DNA from: Nitrospirota bacterium
Lineage (GTDB): Bacteria; Nitrospirota; UBA9217
Assembly (NCBI GenBank): GCA_963845065.1
Contig: CAWJQQ010000009.1
Span: forward strand, 576,001-640,000
Direction of reading: 5' to 3'
DNA: 64,000 nt
Shown: positions 31,912 to 42,537 of the stretch, one piece after another
Layout: each line of letters begins with the position of its first letter
How positions within the stretch are numbered: position 1 is the first letter of the stretch
The notes under the pieces: generated by a model
The model's input: the letters and a program-made list of their open reading frames with translations, nothing else
Database searches by the model: none
What the model was told of the DNA's origin: nothing
Program-made: the position numbers and the translations under genes

Positions 31912-33310
31912 TGATAACTGTCACGACATCGTAGACAGATTTTACTGTCAGGACATCGTGGACAAACGTTCTTTGACAATCGAATAGCCACAGCATAAAC
32001 GTATCATGAACACCAAACCTAAAAGGGAGGTGTTCATGAAAAAGAGCATCAAGCAAGAACGATTAAAAGCTGTGCAGCGGTTCTTCAATGGAGAAGAGCC
32101 GGAAGAGATTTGTGATTCTCTTGGCCGTTCTCGAGCATGGCTGTACAAATGGGTGACACGGTATGCGCCCGATGATTCGTTATGGTTTGAAGAGCGGTCT
32201 CGGCAACCGCTTGTCAGTCCTCACCGCACGCCCGCAGAAATCGAAATGATCGTCGAGATGGTCCGATGGAGCTTGTACAACAAAGATCTCTTCTGCGGCG
32301 ACCAGGCCATACGATGGGAACTGGAAGAGATGGAGGTGCGACCGCTTCCCTCACTGAGCACAATCAGCCGAATTTTGCGCCGTCGTGAATTGACCCATCG
32401 CCGTACCGGCCGGTATGAACCAAAGGGCAAGAAATATCCCGGACTGCCGGCGCTAGCGCCCAACCAGACACACCAGCTTGATCTGGTAGGTCCCTGTTAT
32501 CTGAGCGGTCCAATTCGGTTCTATGGCTTGAATGCAATTGATACCGCCATCAACCTCTGCGGCATGGAGCCGATACCCTCAAAGTCAGCGCAGAGCATTC
32601 TGGACGCCATTTACGCGGTCTGGCAGCGCATGGGCATCCCCGAGAATCTTCAGGTAGACAATGAAATCGCCTTCTTCGGAAGTCCCGTTTACCCACGAGG
32701 AATGGGGCCGCTTATCCGCCTCTGCTTGCTCTCTGGGGTCAATCTCTGGTTCATCCCACCAGCCGAACCCTGGCGAAACGGGATAATCGAGAAGTTCAAT
32801 GACCATTATCGTCAGAAGTTCCTCGACAAGGTCACGATGATATCGATGGTGCAGCTTCGGCAAGAATCTCTGGCATTCGAGCATCGGCATAACAACACCT
32901 ATCGCTACAGCAAAATCAAAGGACAAACGCCGATTAAAGCACTAGATCGTATGAAAGTGAAAAGGATCTTTCCGAGTCAAAAGAATGTGCCCCATCACCC
33001 ACTGGAGAAACCGGAAACAGGATGCTATCATTTTGTTCGATTCATCCGAAGTGACTGCAAGCTGAACATCTTTGGCGAAATGTTCCTTGCTCCACCGAAT
33101 ACTCAGTACGAATACGTTGTGGCTACTGTCGATGTCAAAGATCAAAAGTTAAAACTCTACTTGGAAACAATCCAAGTTGAAGAATATAGTTATCAACTGC
33201 GATGACTGCAAAATCTCTTGTCACGGTATCGCTGGATAATATAGTTTCAAAGTTGCGAGTCCACGATGTCGTGACAGCTATTTTTGTCCACGATGTCCTG
33301 ACAGTTGTCA
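31912..33310 (+). mobile_element. Complete IS481-like insertion sequence, 1399 bp, 6-bp TSD GTTAGG
   Basis: IRL TGATAACTGTCACGACATCGTAGACA vs IRR reverse complement TGACAACTGTCAGGACATCGTGGACA; GTTAGG at 31906-31911 and 33311-33316. Confidence 0.9.
32036..33205 (+). CDS. DDE transposase (HTH plus integrase core, IS481-like)
   Basis: WLYKW HTH; HQLD, QVDN and NGIIEKFN catalytic triad; GGGAGG RBS. Confidence 0.88.
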   Translation: MKKSIKQERLKAVQRFFNGEEPEEICDSLGRSRAWLYKWVTRYAPDDSLWFEERSRQPLVSPHRTPAEIEMIVEMVRWSLYNKDLFCGDQAIRWELEEMEVRPLPSLSTISRILRRRELTHRRTGRYEPKGKKYPGLPALAPNQTHQLDLVGPCYLSGPIRFYGLNAIDTAINLCGMEPIPSKSAQSILDAIYAVWQRMGIPENLQVDNEIAFFGSPVYPRGMGPLIRLCLLSGVNLWFIPPAEPWRNGIIEKFNDHYRQKFLDKVTMISMVQLRQESLAFEHRHNNTYRYSKIKGQTPIKALDRMKVKRIFPSQKNVPHHPLEKPETGCYHFVRFIRSDCKLNIFGEMFLAPPNTQYEYVVATVDVKDQKLKLYLETIQVEEYSYQLR

Positions 33311-33356
33311 GTTAGGCAAAAATCCTGATAATGCAACGTTTTTTCACAATTTAGCC

Positions 33357-33385
33357 TTGACTTTAAAACGCTTATGCTCTATAGT
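33357..33385 (+). promoter_or_regulatory. sigma70 promoter for ihfA
   Basis: TTGACT-17 bp-TATAGT. Confidence 0.6.
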
Positions 33386-33407
33386 ATGCACCGTAGAGGA
33401 GGGAGAC

Positions 33408-33707
33408 ATGACAAAAGCAGACATCATCTCAGAAGTTTTTGACAAGGTCGGCCTGCCAAAGCAGGATGCTGAAGAATTGGTGGAGATGATTCTGGATTTG
33501 ATCAAACAGATCCTAAAAGAGGGCGAGACGGTAAAGCTTTCCGGCTTTGGGAACTTCGTGGTACGGAAGAAAAATTCGAGAAAAGGCCGCAATCCCAAGA
33601 CGGGCCAGGAGATCGAGATCACTCCTAGAAAAGTCGTCAGCTTCAGACCGAGCATGATTTTCAAAGAGCATGTCATCGAATCCTCAACAACAGCAACAGC
33701 CGAGTAA
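33408..33707 (+). CDS. ihfA: Integration host factor alpha
   Basis: [22 protein letters not shown]; followed by merR and tRNA-Pro, the usual synteny. Confidence 0.92.
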   Translation: MTKADIISEVFDKVGLPKQDAEELVEMILDLIKQILKEGETVKLSGFGNFVVRKKNSRKGRNPKTGQEIEITPRKVVSFRPSMIFKEHVIESSTTATAE

Positions 33708-34005
33708 GCTCTTCTACCGGATCGGAGAGGTGAGCCGTCTGACTGGGCTGGAACCGTATGTGCTCCGCTACTGGGAAACGGAATTCCCACAGATCAAACC
33801 GGACAAGGGCCGTTCCCGTCAGCGCCTCTATAAAAAAAAAGATTTAGACACGATCCTCCATATAAAACAACTTCTTTATAAAGATGGATTTACAATCGCA
33901 GGAGCGAGAAGGAAACTGAACGGGAAGGATGACCGGGAAGCTGCACAAATTGTTATTGAGTCGGCCAAGAAGGAATTGAGAGAGATCCTGGAGATATTGA
34001 AATAG
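33670..34005 (+). CDS. MerR-family HTH regulator
   Basis: YRIGEVS...[19 protein letters not shown]. Confidence 0.88.
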   Translation: MSSNPQQQQQPSKLFYRIGEVSRLTGLEPYVLRYWETEFPQIKPDKGRSRQRLYKKKDLDTILHIKQLLYKDGFTIAGARRKLNGKDDREAAQIVIESAKKELREILEILK

Positions 34006-34091
34006 CGGGTCATGCCGTAAGGATTGGGGACAGGATAGAGCTGCATTTTTGATTCGTGGAACTTGATCCTTGAGCTGAGAAGAAGAAATAA

Positions 34092-34168
34092 CGGGGCGTG
34101 GCGCAGCCTGGTAGCGTACTCGCTTGGGGTGCGAGTGGTCGGCCGTTCAAATCGGCTCGCCCCGACCA
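34092..34168 (+). tRNA. tRNA-Pro(GGG)
   Basis: Cloverleaf with CGGGGCG/CGCCCCG acceptor stem, anticodon loop TT-GGG-GT, TTCAAAT T-loop and encoded CCA. Confidence 0.97.
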
Positions 34169-34178
34169 TAATAAAAGG

Positions 34179-34206
34179 CCCGTGAATCGTCTGATTCACG
34201 GGTTTT
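34179..34206 (+). terminator. Intrinsic terminator after tRNA-Pro
   Basis: CCCGTGAATC-GTCT-GATTCACGGG-TTTT. Confidence 0.75.
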
Positions 34207-34645
34207 CCAATTAAAATAGATATTCAGTTACGATATAGATGTTGAGACTTTGTCGGGATTTGCTATTTAAAATACGGGAAATTGAACTTTCCGCAAAGAT
34301 TTAAAATAGATTTTTGAACAAGAACTTCCTGAAATTATTATAGATGCAATACTGAACAACATTCAAGGCTTCTCTTGGATTCATCTTCGCATACCCCAAA
34401 ATACCTATTAAGTATCGCTGAAATCACCGTGAATCAGGCATATTTTCTACTGGTCTGTACATTATCAATAAATTGTTGGTTGAGGATGTCTCGCAATTCG
34501 ATCAAATCCATGAGGTCATTCCCCGCGAACTTCAGCATCCACCACCGGAACCTCTCTGACAGCACGAACCTTCTTGGCCTTGGGACTGCTCACCCGTTTG
34601 AGGCGTGAACGAACTACGTCCTTCACTTGGGCCCTATGCGGATTC

Positions 34646-35935
34646 CTACGTGCGTTCGCCGACGACCACACGCATCCCTTCGATCAACTCATTGCCTTCG
34701 ACCTCTGTCACTGTGCCGTCCGTCAATCCGACTTTCACGTCAACATGCCTGACGAACTTACCCTGCTCTACCCAGATGATTCCGTGCGTATGCTGCACGC
34801 CATCGGTGCCTGGCCCGCCACCACTTTCGCGGTTCGAAGAACCCCCGTGAGTGTGAGGCGATCGCTGGGGTTCTGAAGCGATCTGGTCGGGCCGTGGCGA
34901 CCAACGAAGTGCTGCATTTGGAACCAGTAACACGCCTTGCCAGCGTCCGATCTTGAACTGCACGTTGGCTGTCAGGTATGGCAATAGCTTGCCATCGTTG
35001 TTGGAGGTGATTACCTCAACGGTGTAAGTGACGACATTCTGAGTCTGCGTCGCGTTGAGCCGAACTTTATCTACGCGCCCTTCGAATATCTCGCCGGGGT
35101 AAGCATCCACTGTAAACGTAACTGGCTGGCCGCTAGAAATGCTCCCTACGTCGGCTTCGTTGACCGACACCCAAACCTGAATGCGCTTGAGGTCTGTTGC
35201 AATGAGGAACAGACTCGGAGCGCTGAGGCTGGATACCATGGTCTGGCCGATATTAACTCGCCGGTCAACAATTATGCCTTTAACCGGAGACTTTATAGTA
35301 CAGTAATCGAGATTAGCCGATGCGCTGGTGAGGCCTGCCTTTGCCTGATCGATGGCTGCTATCGCTTGATCCACTGAAGCTTCCGCCGCCGCCAGATTGG
35401 CCTTGGCGACCTCGTAAGTGGCTTGGTACTGGTCATAGACGGTCTGCGCCAACGCGTCGGATGGACCGAGCTTCTGCGCTCGATCCCAGTCCGCTTTGGC
35501 TTTCAGCAGCATCGCTTTCATCTGGAGCACGTTGGCATCGGCGCTGATTTTATTGGCCTCGGCCTTCTGTAATTGGGCCTTGGCAGTTTCCAGAGCGGCA
35601 ACATAAAGCGAATCATCAATTTTCGCAAGTACTGTGCCCTTCTCTACAACCGAACCATAGTCAATTTTTTTCCCAAACTTATCCTTGCCAAAGGCCACAA
35701 TGATCCCAGCAACCTGAGCACCCACGTCGACTACTTGCTCCGGCTCCACCGTGCCTGTCGCGCTGATCGTGGGCACTAAATCGCCCCGTTTCACCGGCGC
35801 GGTTTGGAATGTCGGCTCCCTGTTCCCTTTGGACCGGAACAACCAGCCGCCGGCGACCATCAAGGCGAGCAACACGGTTGCCAGGATTATGATCCCAACT
35901 CGTCGCGACATGATTTTCTGCATGATCTTCAGCAT
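34646..35935 (-). CDS. Efflux periplasmic adaptor (MacA-like), second copy with shortened C-terminal tail
   Basis: Close paralog of 39679..41109; TAG at 34646 and 34634 interrupt a tail that still aligns up to TGA at 34532. Confidence 0.85.
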   Translation of the reverse strand: MLKIMQKIMSRRVGIIILATVLLALMVAGGWLFRSKGNREPTFQTAPVKRGDLVPTISATGTVEPEQVVDVGAQVAGIIVAFGKDKFGKKIDYGSVVEKGTVLAKIDDSLYVAALETAKAQLQKAEANKISADANVLQMKAMLLKAKADWDRAQKLGPSDALAQTVYDQYQATYEVAKANLAAAEASVDQAIAAIDQAKAGLTSASANLDYCTIKSPVKGIIVDRRVNIGQTMVSSLSAPSLFLIATDLKRIQVWVSVNEADVGSISSGQPVTFTVDAYPGEIFEGRVDKVRLNATQTQNVVTYTVEVITSNNDGKLLPYLTANVQFKIGRWQGVLLVPNAALRWSPRPDQIASEPQRSPHTHGGSSNRESGGGPGTDGVQHTHGIIWVEQGKFVRHVDVKVGLTDGTVTEVEGNELIEGMRVVVGERT

Positions 35936-36069
35936 GATTCTCTCTCAGTTTATAACTTTGCGCCTTCCGTCAATCTCATAACGGAAAGAATATGTCAGAC
36001 CTAGACCCTCAAATGACGGAGCACAACGCGGAATGCTCAGCAGTATTCTGTAGCGGGATTTGAACAGCA

Positions 36070-37563
36070 TTACTGGCTATTTCGTTGTGACTCAGCAGCA
36101 ACATTCCCCAGAGTGGATATCATAGACAGGGATTCCCAACCGCCACCCAAGGCTTTATAGAGTGAGATGAGATCACTAACGATGCTCGTCTCGCTCTGCA
36201 CCAACGCGTCCTCGGAGGAGTAAAGAGTCCGTTGCGCAATTTCCACGTTGAGAAAATCAGTTAGGCCCGCGATGTAAAGCTGTGATGACAAGTCCACAGC
36301 CTTGCGGTTGGCTACAACGGCGTCGTTCAGTAATTTACGGTGCTGTTGTTCCTTGGCAAAGGCAATCAGCGAATTCTCAACATCCTGAAACGCTGACAAG
36401 ACTGTTTGCTGGTATGTAATGAATGACTCATCACGCAACGCCTCCTGTAAACGTACGTTAGACACAATCGCGCCGCCTTGAAAAAGTGGCCAAGTCGCCG
36501 ATGCACCCGCGGCGAATGAGCGGCTGGCATTGGTCCACAACGTGCGCAGAAGGCTGCTACTCCAGTTCAGCGTACCGGTGAGTGAGAACGTCGGAAAGTA
36601 TTCAGCAGTAGCGACGCCGATTTGGGCGGTAGCTGCATGCAATTGTGCCTCAGCCGCGCGAATGTCCGGCCGACGTCGTAGCAAGTCCGAAGGCAAACCC
36701 GCGGGCACTTGCATAGGCACTTTGGGCAGGTTGGCCGTCGGAGATAATTGCTCCAACAAATCTCCCGGTGGCCGGGCCAACAGCACACTCAATGCGTAAA
36801 TAGCTTGCCTCGCTTCTGTTTCAAAGACCGGGATTTGAGACTCGGTTGTCGCGACATCAGAGTCAGCGTTAGCAACGTCGAGCGCGCTGTTGAAACCCAC
36901 TTTAAAGTTTCTATGAACAATATCGGCGGTGTGCTCCTGAGATTTCAGATTGTTTTGCGCAATCACGATCTCCTGCTGGTAACCGCGGAGTTGGATGTAG
37001 TTGAGCGCCACTTCTGCAATGAGGCTGACCTGTGCGTCGCGGATGTTTTCGATCGCAGCTTGGATGTTGGCGTCAGCCGATTCGACGTTGCGGCGTTGAC
37101 CGCCGAAAAGATCAATTTCCCATACGGCGTCGAAACCAGCTTGATAAAGATTAAGTGCTTGATTGCCCGGTATGACTCCTGCCGTGTGATATTTCTGGTA
37201 ATCGCCAGAGGCGGTAACTGAAGGCCACAGACCTCCAGCGACCACGCCCCGCGTGGCACGGGCTTCTCGCAAGCGCGTCTCGGCGATTCGCAGGTCTAGG
37301 TTTGCTTTTAGTGCGTCATCGACCAGCGTATTCAATATCGGATCGTCGAACTGCCTCCACCACTGGGTAAGTTCCAGTTGCGCCGTGGTAGCAATGGATG
37401 GTTCAGTCGGCGTCTTTTCCACGCCGACCCACGCATTGGGGACTGTGGTCGGCTGCGGCGGATGGAAATTTGGGCCAACCATACACCCGCCAAGTGCCGA
37501 TGCGCATAAAGCAATTACCACCAGCGCGACCGAAAAAGAGCGCCATTGTTCATTCACATACAT
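36070..37563 (-). CDS. Outer membrane efflux lipoprotein (NodT/OprM family)
   Basis: LGGC lipobox, WEIDLFG, RRPDI, LYKALGGGW. Confidence 0.92.
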   Translation of the reverse strand: MYVNEQWRSFSVALVVIALCASALGGCMVGPNFHPPQPTTVPNAWVGVEKTPTEPSIATTAQLELTQWWRQFDDPILNTLVDDALKANLDLRIAETRLREARATRGVVAGGLWPSVTASGDYQKYHTAGVIPGNQALNLYQAGFDAVWEIDLFGGQRRNVESADANIQAAIENIRDAQVSLIAEVALNYIQLRGYQQEIVIAQNNLKSQEHTADIVHRNFKVGFNSALDVANADSDVATTESQIPVFETEARQAIYALSVLLARPPGDLLEQLSPTANLPKVPMQVPAGLPSDLLRRRPDIRAAEAQLHAATAQIGVATAEYFPTFSLTGTLNWSSSLLRTLWTNASRSFAAGASATWPLFQGGAIVSNVRLQEALRDESFITYQQTVLSAFQDVENSLIAFAKEQQHRKLLNDAVVANRKAVDLSSQLYIAGLTDFLNVEIAQRTLYSSEDALVQSETSIVSDLISLYKALGGGWESLSMISTLGNVAAESQRNSQ

Positions 37564-37573
37564 TATCCCTACC

Positions 37574-38947
37574 TCACTCGTACCGAAGCGCCTCGATGGG
37601 ATTTAGACGCGATGCCTTCCATGCCGGATAGAAACCGAATATAACCCCTACGGTGGCCGACACAACTACAGCAGCCACGATCGCACCCATCGAAGCTGCC
37701 GTTGGCCAGTGCAATACCGCCGATACAATATACGAACAGCTGCGGCCCGTCAAGATGCCGATAGCCCCTCCGAGCAGGCACAGTATGACGGCCTCGGTCA
37801 AAAACTGGCGCAGGATATCGCCTGGGTCGGCACCCACCGCCATACGTAGGCCAATCTCGCGCGTCCGTTCGGTGACAGAAACCAGCATGATGTTCATGAT
37901 GCCGATGCCGCCGACCACCAGCGAGATCATCGCCACATACAATAGCAATTTGGTTATCAGCTCTGTCGTAGAACTCATCGCCTTTGTAATCTCAGTCATA
38001 TCCCGAATTGTGAAATCATTAGGGGCGGTGTCGCTAAGGTGATGCCGTTCGCGAAGCAACATGGTCATCTGCTGAATGGCAGCGGGAATATCGCTGCTTG
38101 ACCGCGCGGCGGTCAGGATCTGGTCTACAGTGGTGAACCGGATCGGTAGGGGCGCATCAGCTGTCTCACTGGATGATGGAACCGGGTAGAGATTTTGCTG
38201 GATTTCCGGATAGAGTTGGTTGATGCTATTGACTTCGGCAGTGCTAGAAGTGTTCGTGGCGCTCTGGTTGCCGCTGGTAAGCGAGGAAGCGACCACGCGA
38301 TATTTTATCGTTGTCCATGGCGCCAATAGGATATCGTCCTGGTCCAAACCCATCAGGTTCGCGCCTTTTTTCTTTAACACCCCGAGAACCTTAAAGTCCA
38401 CGTTCCGGATGCGGACCACTTTACCGACGGGAGACTGTCCGTCAAATAATTGGTCTACAATGGTCTGGCCGACGATACACACTTTGCTGGCGTTGCGGAC
38501 GTCATGATCGGTGAAAGCTTCACCCTCGTTGAGATCGGTCCAATCACGTACCCGTAGAAAGGCAGGGGTGGTACCGTAGACATATGTTGGCACCCAGTTG
38601 CGGTTGCCGTACACCACTTGCGTGCGCGCACGCACGATCGGCGCTACACTTTCGATGGCAGGGGACTCTTTGACGATTGCATCCGCATCCTGAGGACTCA
38701 ACGTCATCATACTGCCTGCGCCATAGTTAATGCCGGCATTGGAAAGGGCACCGGGTAGAATGACGAGAGTGTTGGCGCCGATGCTGATCATGGTTTTTTG
38801 GATGGCGATTGACGAACCGTGTCCAATGTCCATCATCGTGATTACCGATGCGACGCCGATAATAATGCCCAGAGTAGTGAGCACAGTGCGCATAACATTG
38901 CGACGGAGTGCGCCTAATGCCGTTTTAAGGGTGATGTACGATCTCAT
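37574..38947 (-). CDS. MacB-like ABC transporter permease
   Basis: LTTLGIIIGV, GGIGIMNIMLVSVTERTREIG, PIEALRYE. Confidence 0.92.
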   Translation of the reverse strand: MRSYITLKTALGALRRNVMRTVLTTLGIIIGVASVITMMDIGHGSSIAIQKTMISIGANTLVILPGALSNAGINYGAGSMMTLSPQDADAIVKESPAIESVAPIVRARTQVVYGNRNWVPTYVYGTTPAFLRVRDWTDLNEGEAFTDHDVRNASKVCIVGQTIVDQLFDGQSPVGKVVRIRNVDFKVLGVLKKKGANLMGLDQDDILLAPWTTIKYRVVASSLTSGNQSATNTSSTAEVNSINQLYPEIQQNLYPVPSSSETADAPLPIRFTTVDQILTAARSSSDIPAAIQQMTMLLRERHHLSDTAPNDFTIRDMTEITKAMSSTTELITKLLLYVAMISLVVGGIGIMNIMLVSVTERTREIGLRMAVGADPGDILRQFLTEAVILCLLGGAIGILTGRSCSYIVSAVLHWPTAASMGAIVAAVVVSATVGVIFGFYPAWKASRLNPIEALRYE

Positions 38948-39654
38948 GTGGCGCCTCCGGGTTTAAGTTGAGAGGCCTCTTTTTCGATGAGACCATCCTT
39001 GATATATATGATACGCTTGGCGTGTTGCGCTACGCCGGGATCGTGGGTGACTAGGATGATGGTGAGATTCTCGGAGCGGTTGAGCTGTTGAAGCATCTGG
39101 AGGAGTTCCGCGCTGGTGCGCGAGTCAAGGTTTCCAGTCGGCTCATCCGCGAGGAGCACCTGCGGGTTGTTAACCAGCGACCGGGCGATTGCGACGCGCT
39201 GCTGTTGGCCGCCGGAAAGTTGAGAGGGCTGATGGTCGGCGCGATCAGCCAAACCAAATTTTTCGAGCAACTCGGCCGCTCGCTGGTTCATTTGATGCTC
39301 GCTGAGGTTCTCTCGGTTATAGGTTAGCGGCATTCGGACGTTCTCCAACGCCGTTGTGCGAGGCAACAGGTTGAAGGATTGAAACACAAATCCGATCATC
39401 CGATTTCTCAACCTGGCCTGCTCCTTGGCTGTAAGCCGGGAAATTTCGCGGCCGTCCAGCCAGTACTCGCCCGAAGTCGGGCCATCCAGGCAACCGAGGA
39501 TATTCATCAACGTGCTTTTTCCGGAGCCGCTAACTCCCATCAATGACACGAATTCCCCGCGCGCGATGTTCAAAGAAACACCCAGGAGCACGGGGAGTTC
39601 CACCTCGCCGAGAAAGTAGGTCTTGTGGACATCTCGCAATTCGATCAAATCCAT
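38944..39654 (-). CDS. ABC transporter ATP-binding protein (MacB/LolD type)
   Basis: [30 protein letters not shown]. Confidence 0.93.
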   Translation of the reverse strand: MDLIELRDVHKTYFLGEVELPVLLGVSLNIARGEFVSLMGVSGSGKSTLMNILGCLDGPTSGEYWLDGREISRLTAKEQARLRNRMIGFVFQSFNLLPRTTALENVRMPLTYNRENLSEHQMNQRAAELLEKFGLADRADHQPSQLSGGQQQRVAIARSLVNNPQVLLADEPTGNLDSRTSAELLQMLQQLNRSENLTIILVTHDPGVAQHAKRIIYIKDGLIEKEASQLKPGGAT

Positions 39655-39678
39655 GAGAGGGTCACTCCTCCACAAACG

Positions 39679-41109
39679 TTAGCGTCCCACACCAGGACCT
39701 CTTTGACCGCCCGGCCCTGGTTGGCCCTGGGGCTGCCCGCCCCCTTGGTGTCTGAACGGATTTTGAGGCGTGAATGGACTTCGTTCTTCGCTTGGGCCCT
39801 TTATGGCTTCCCGCGTGTGTTCGCCAACGACGACGCGCATTCCTTCGATCAAGTCGTTGCCTTCGACTTCTGTCACCGTGCCGTCCGTCAATCCAACGTT
39901 CACGTCGACAGGACGGACGAACTTGCCTTGCTCGACCCAGACGATTCCTTTGATTCCATTCGTGTTCACCGCGCCAACGGTGCCAGGCCCGCCGCTTTCG
40001 CTGTTCGAGGAACCCCCATGAAAGGAGTGAGAGGCTTGCTGGGGCATTGGTGCGATCTGATTGGGCCGTGGTGACCAACGTATTGCCGCATTTGGGACCA
40101 GCAACACGCCCTGCAAGTGTCCGGTTTTGAATTGCACGTTGGCTGACAGGTAGGGCAATAGCTTGCCGCTGTCGTTGGGTGTGTTCACCTCAACGGTGTA
40201 AGTGACGACATTCTGTACCATCGTTGCGTTGAGCCGCACTTTATTTACGCGCCCTTCGAATATCTGGTCGGGATAAGCATCCACAGTAAACGTGACTATC
40301 TGGTCTTTAGAAATGCTGCCTATGTCGGCTTCGTTGACCGACACCCAAACCTGAATGCGCTTGAGGTCCGTCGCAATGAGGAACAAAGTCGGTGCGCTTA
40401 GACTGGAAACCACAGTCTGGCCGAGTGTGACTTGCCGGTCAACAATCACACCTTTAACCGGAGACTTGATGGTACAGTAATCAAGATTGGTAGTGGCGCT
40501 GGTGAGACTGGCCTTCGCCTGCGCGATGGCTGCTTTCGCTTGCTCCACTGCAGCCAAAGACACCGCTACGTTGGCCTTGGCGACCTCGTAGGTGGCTTGG
40601 TACTGGTCATAAACGGTCTGCGCCAACGCATCGGACGGTCCAAGCTTCTGCGCTCGATTCCAGTCATTTTGGGCGTCCACCAGCTTCGCTTTCATCTGGA
40701 GCACGTTGGCCTCAGCACTGATCTCGTTGGCCTCGTTCTGCCGTAATTGGGCCTTAGCAGTTTCCAGGGCGGCAGCGTAGAGTGAATCATCAATTTTCGC
40801 AAGTACTGTGCCCTTCTCTACAACCGAACCATAGTCAATGGTCTTCCCAAACTTGTCTTTGCCGAAAGCCATAATGATCCCAGCAACCTGAGCGCCCACG
40901 TCGACTACTTGCTCCGGCTCCACCGTGCCTGTAGCGCTGATCGTGGGCACTAAGTCGCCCCGTTTCACTGGCGCGGTTTGGAATATCGGCACCCTGTCTC
41001 CTTTGGACCGGAACAACCAGCCGCCGGCTGCCATCACGGCGAGTAGCACAGATACCAGGATAATGATCCCTACTTTTCGCGGTATGATTTTCTGTATAGT
41101 ATCAAACAT
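39679..41109 (-). CDS. Efflux periplasmic adaptor (MacA-like)
   Basis: N-terminal TM, SATGTVEP..V.VGAQV.G, coiled coil, IKSPVKG, EADIG. Confidence 0.92.
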   Translation of the reverse strand: MFDTIQKIIPRKVGIIILVSVLLAVMAAGGWLFRSKGDRVPIFQTAPVKRGDLVPTISATGTVEPEQVVDVGAQVAGIIMAFGKDKFGKTIDYGSVVEKGTVLAKIDDSLYAAALETAKAQLRQNEANEISAEANVLQMKAKLVDAQNDWNRAQKLGPSDALAQTVYDQYQATYEVAKANVAVSLAAVEQAKAAIAQAKASLTSATTNLDYCTIKSPVKGVIVDRQVTLGQTVVSSLSAPTLFLIATDLKRIQVWVSVNEADIGSISKDQIVTFTVDAYPDQIFEGRVNKVRLNATMVQNVVTYTVEVNTPNDSGKLLPYLSANVQFKTGHLQGVLLVPNAAIRWSPRPNQIAPMPQQASHSFHGGSSNSESGGPGTVGAVNTNGIKGIVWVEQGKFVRPVDVNVGLTDGTVTEVEGNDLIEGMRVVVGEHTREAIKGPSEERSPFTPQNPFRHQGGGQPQGQPGPGGQRGPGVGR

Positions 41110-42003
41110 GATTCTCTCTCCGGTTTATAACTTTGCTGCCTTCAGTCAAACTGCTCGTTTCCATGAGTTTAATATACTTAATTATTAAGAAAGATGCTAT
41201 TCTATGGTGCAACAAGGCGAAAAAGTTGGTAATAGGCAATTTTGATTCGGATCAGGCCTTGGAACGGCCATTAGGGCCGCTTCAGTTAACGCAGGCGCCG
41301 GTATAGCGATTAGTGTCGCAAGAGTGTTTCTCTTCCATAGGGCCTCAGGTGCCAACTCGTGTTAGGGTTGGGGACGGGAGAGACGAAACGTCGGTATGAT
41401 ATTGCATATCAGCAGTATGTGAATGTTAACGGGACCATTATTCCAGTAGTGATACGATATTATCGTGTTCAGAGGACTTCATCATCTCCCCTCGGGCATA
41501 TATTCCAATTCCTCACTTATTCCTTACCTCCAAGAGAATACTATGACCACTATTTATTACAGATGTTAGACAGTTGTGCTGATAAAAGGTTTAATTACAC
41601 TTATTTAAGATCGAGTATATTATGTTACTCGGGAGAAAGAAGAACTAACTTTGAGCTAATGTATTAAGGCATAAAATATTGTAAATTGGTGATCCGATGA
41701 TGTCGAATGGGTATTTAATGGTAAATGCCGCGGAATCCCGATTGAAAGTATATAAGTTGCAGTTATTTACAACTTCAATGGAAGCAGGACATATTCGCTA
41801 CCTTACATACAACTTTCTTGATGTGGTGATTTGTTAAGGTTCCATTATAGCTAGTACGATCATTATCAAATATGGATTGTAAACCGCATATTAAAATGAG
41901 CTGGCCGGTCTGCGCGATTTTCTACGCAGGCCGGTTGAGAGACAGGTTGGTGGAGAGACAACCATGCACTTTGGCGCGGATCCTGAGTCCTCTCCGAGGA
42001 GGT

Positions 42004-42537
42004 TTACTTGATGAGTGCAGCGCCTGCTTTACAGGCCACCTCGTCCTGAGAACCTTGCCCTCCAGAACACCCAATTGCACCGATTATCCTGCCCCCCTCT
42101 ACGAGCGGTATACCGCCGCGTGAAGCGATGACCCCATCAAGGGTTAGTATGTAGTTAAAATTATTGAGCTGAATCGCTTTCTCGAATACTTTTGTTTCGC
42201 GACGGAAATTTACCGCAGTGCGTGCCTTGTGCTGTGAAATCTCGATCGAGGCAAGTTGCGCCCCATCCATGCGTTGGAAGGCGACGAGATTACCGCCGGA
42301 GTCCACTACGGTAACGTTCAACTTCCAATCATGCCTCCTCGCCTCGGCCACGGCAGCGGCGATGACCGCCTCAGCACGTTCGAGCACAATTGGCGTTCCG
42401 TAAGGGATGTCGGCGGGCATCTTTTCCGGTATGATATCGAGAGCATATGGTGGCTCAGACTGTTGCGCTCGAACCGGGCTTACTCCAAGCAACGTGGCGC
42501 AGAGCATGGCAATGATCAAGATGAATTTTTTAGACAT
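42004..42537 (-). CDS. Secreted heme-binding protein, GlcG/HbpS family
   Basis: Signal peptide; VVDSGG, RMDGA, KARTA, GGIP, GAIGCSG. Confidence 0.85.
   Translation of the reverse strand: MSKKFILIIAMLCATLLGVSPVRAQQSEPPYALDIIPEKMPADIPYGTPIVLERAEAVIAAAVAEARRHDWKLNVTVVDSGGNLVAFQRMDGAQLASIEISQHKARTAVNFRRETKVFEKAIQLNNFNYILTLDGVIASRGGIPLVEGGRIIGAIGCSGGQGSQDEVACKAGAALIK

Noticed and set aside
31912..31966. Repeated 19-bp units as a mini CRISPR array
   Set aside because: They recur inverted at the other end of the IS with spacers of only about 8 bp; these are transposon end repeats
41110..42003. 102-aa and 83-aa ORFs in the AT-rich gap upstream of the efflux operon
   Set aside because: No RBS or protein motif; probably decayed or non-coding DNA that I cannot assign
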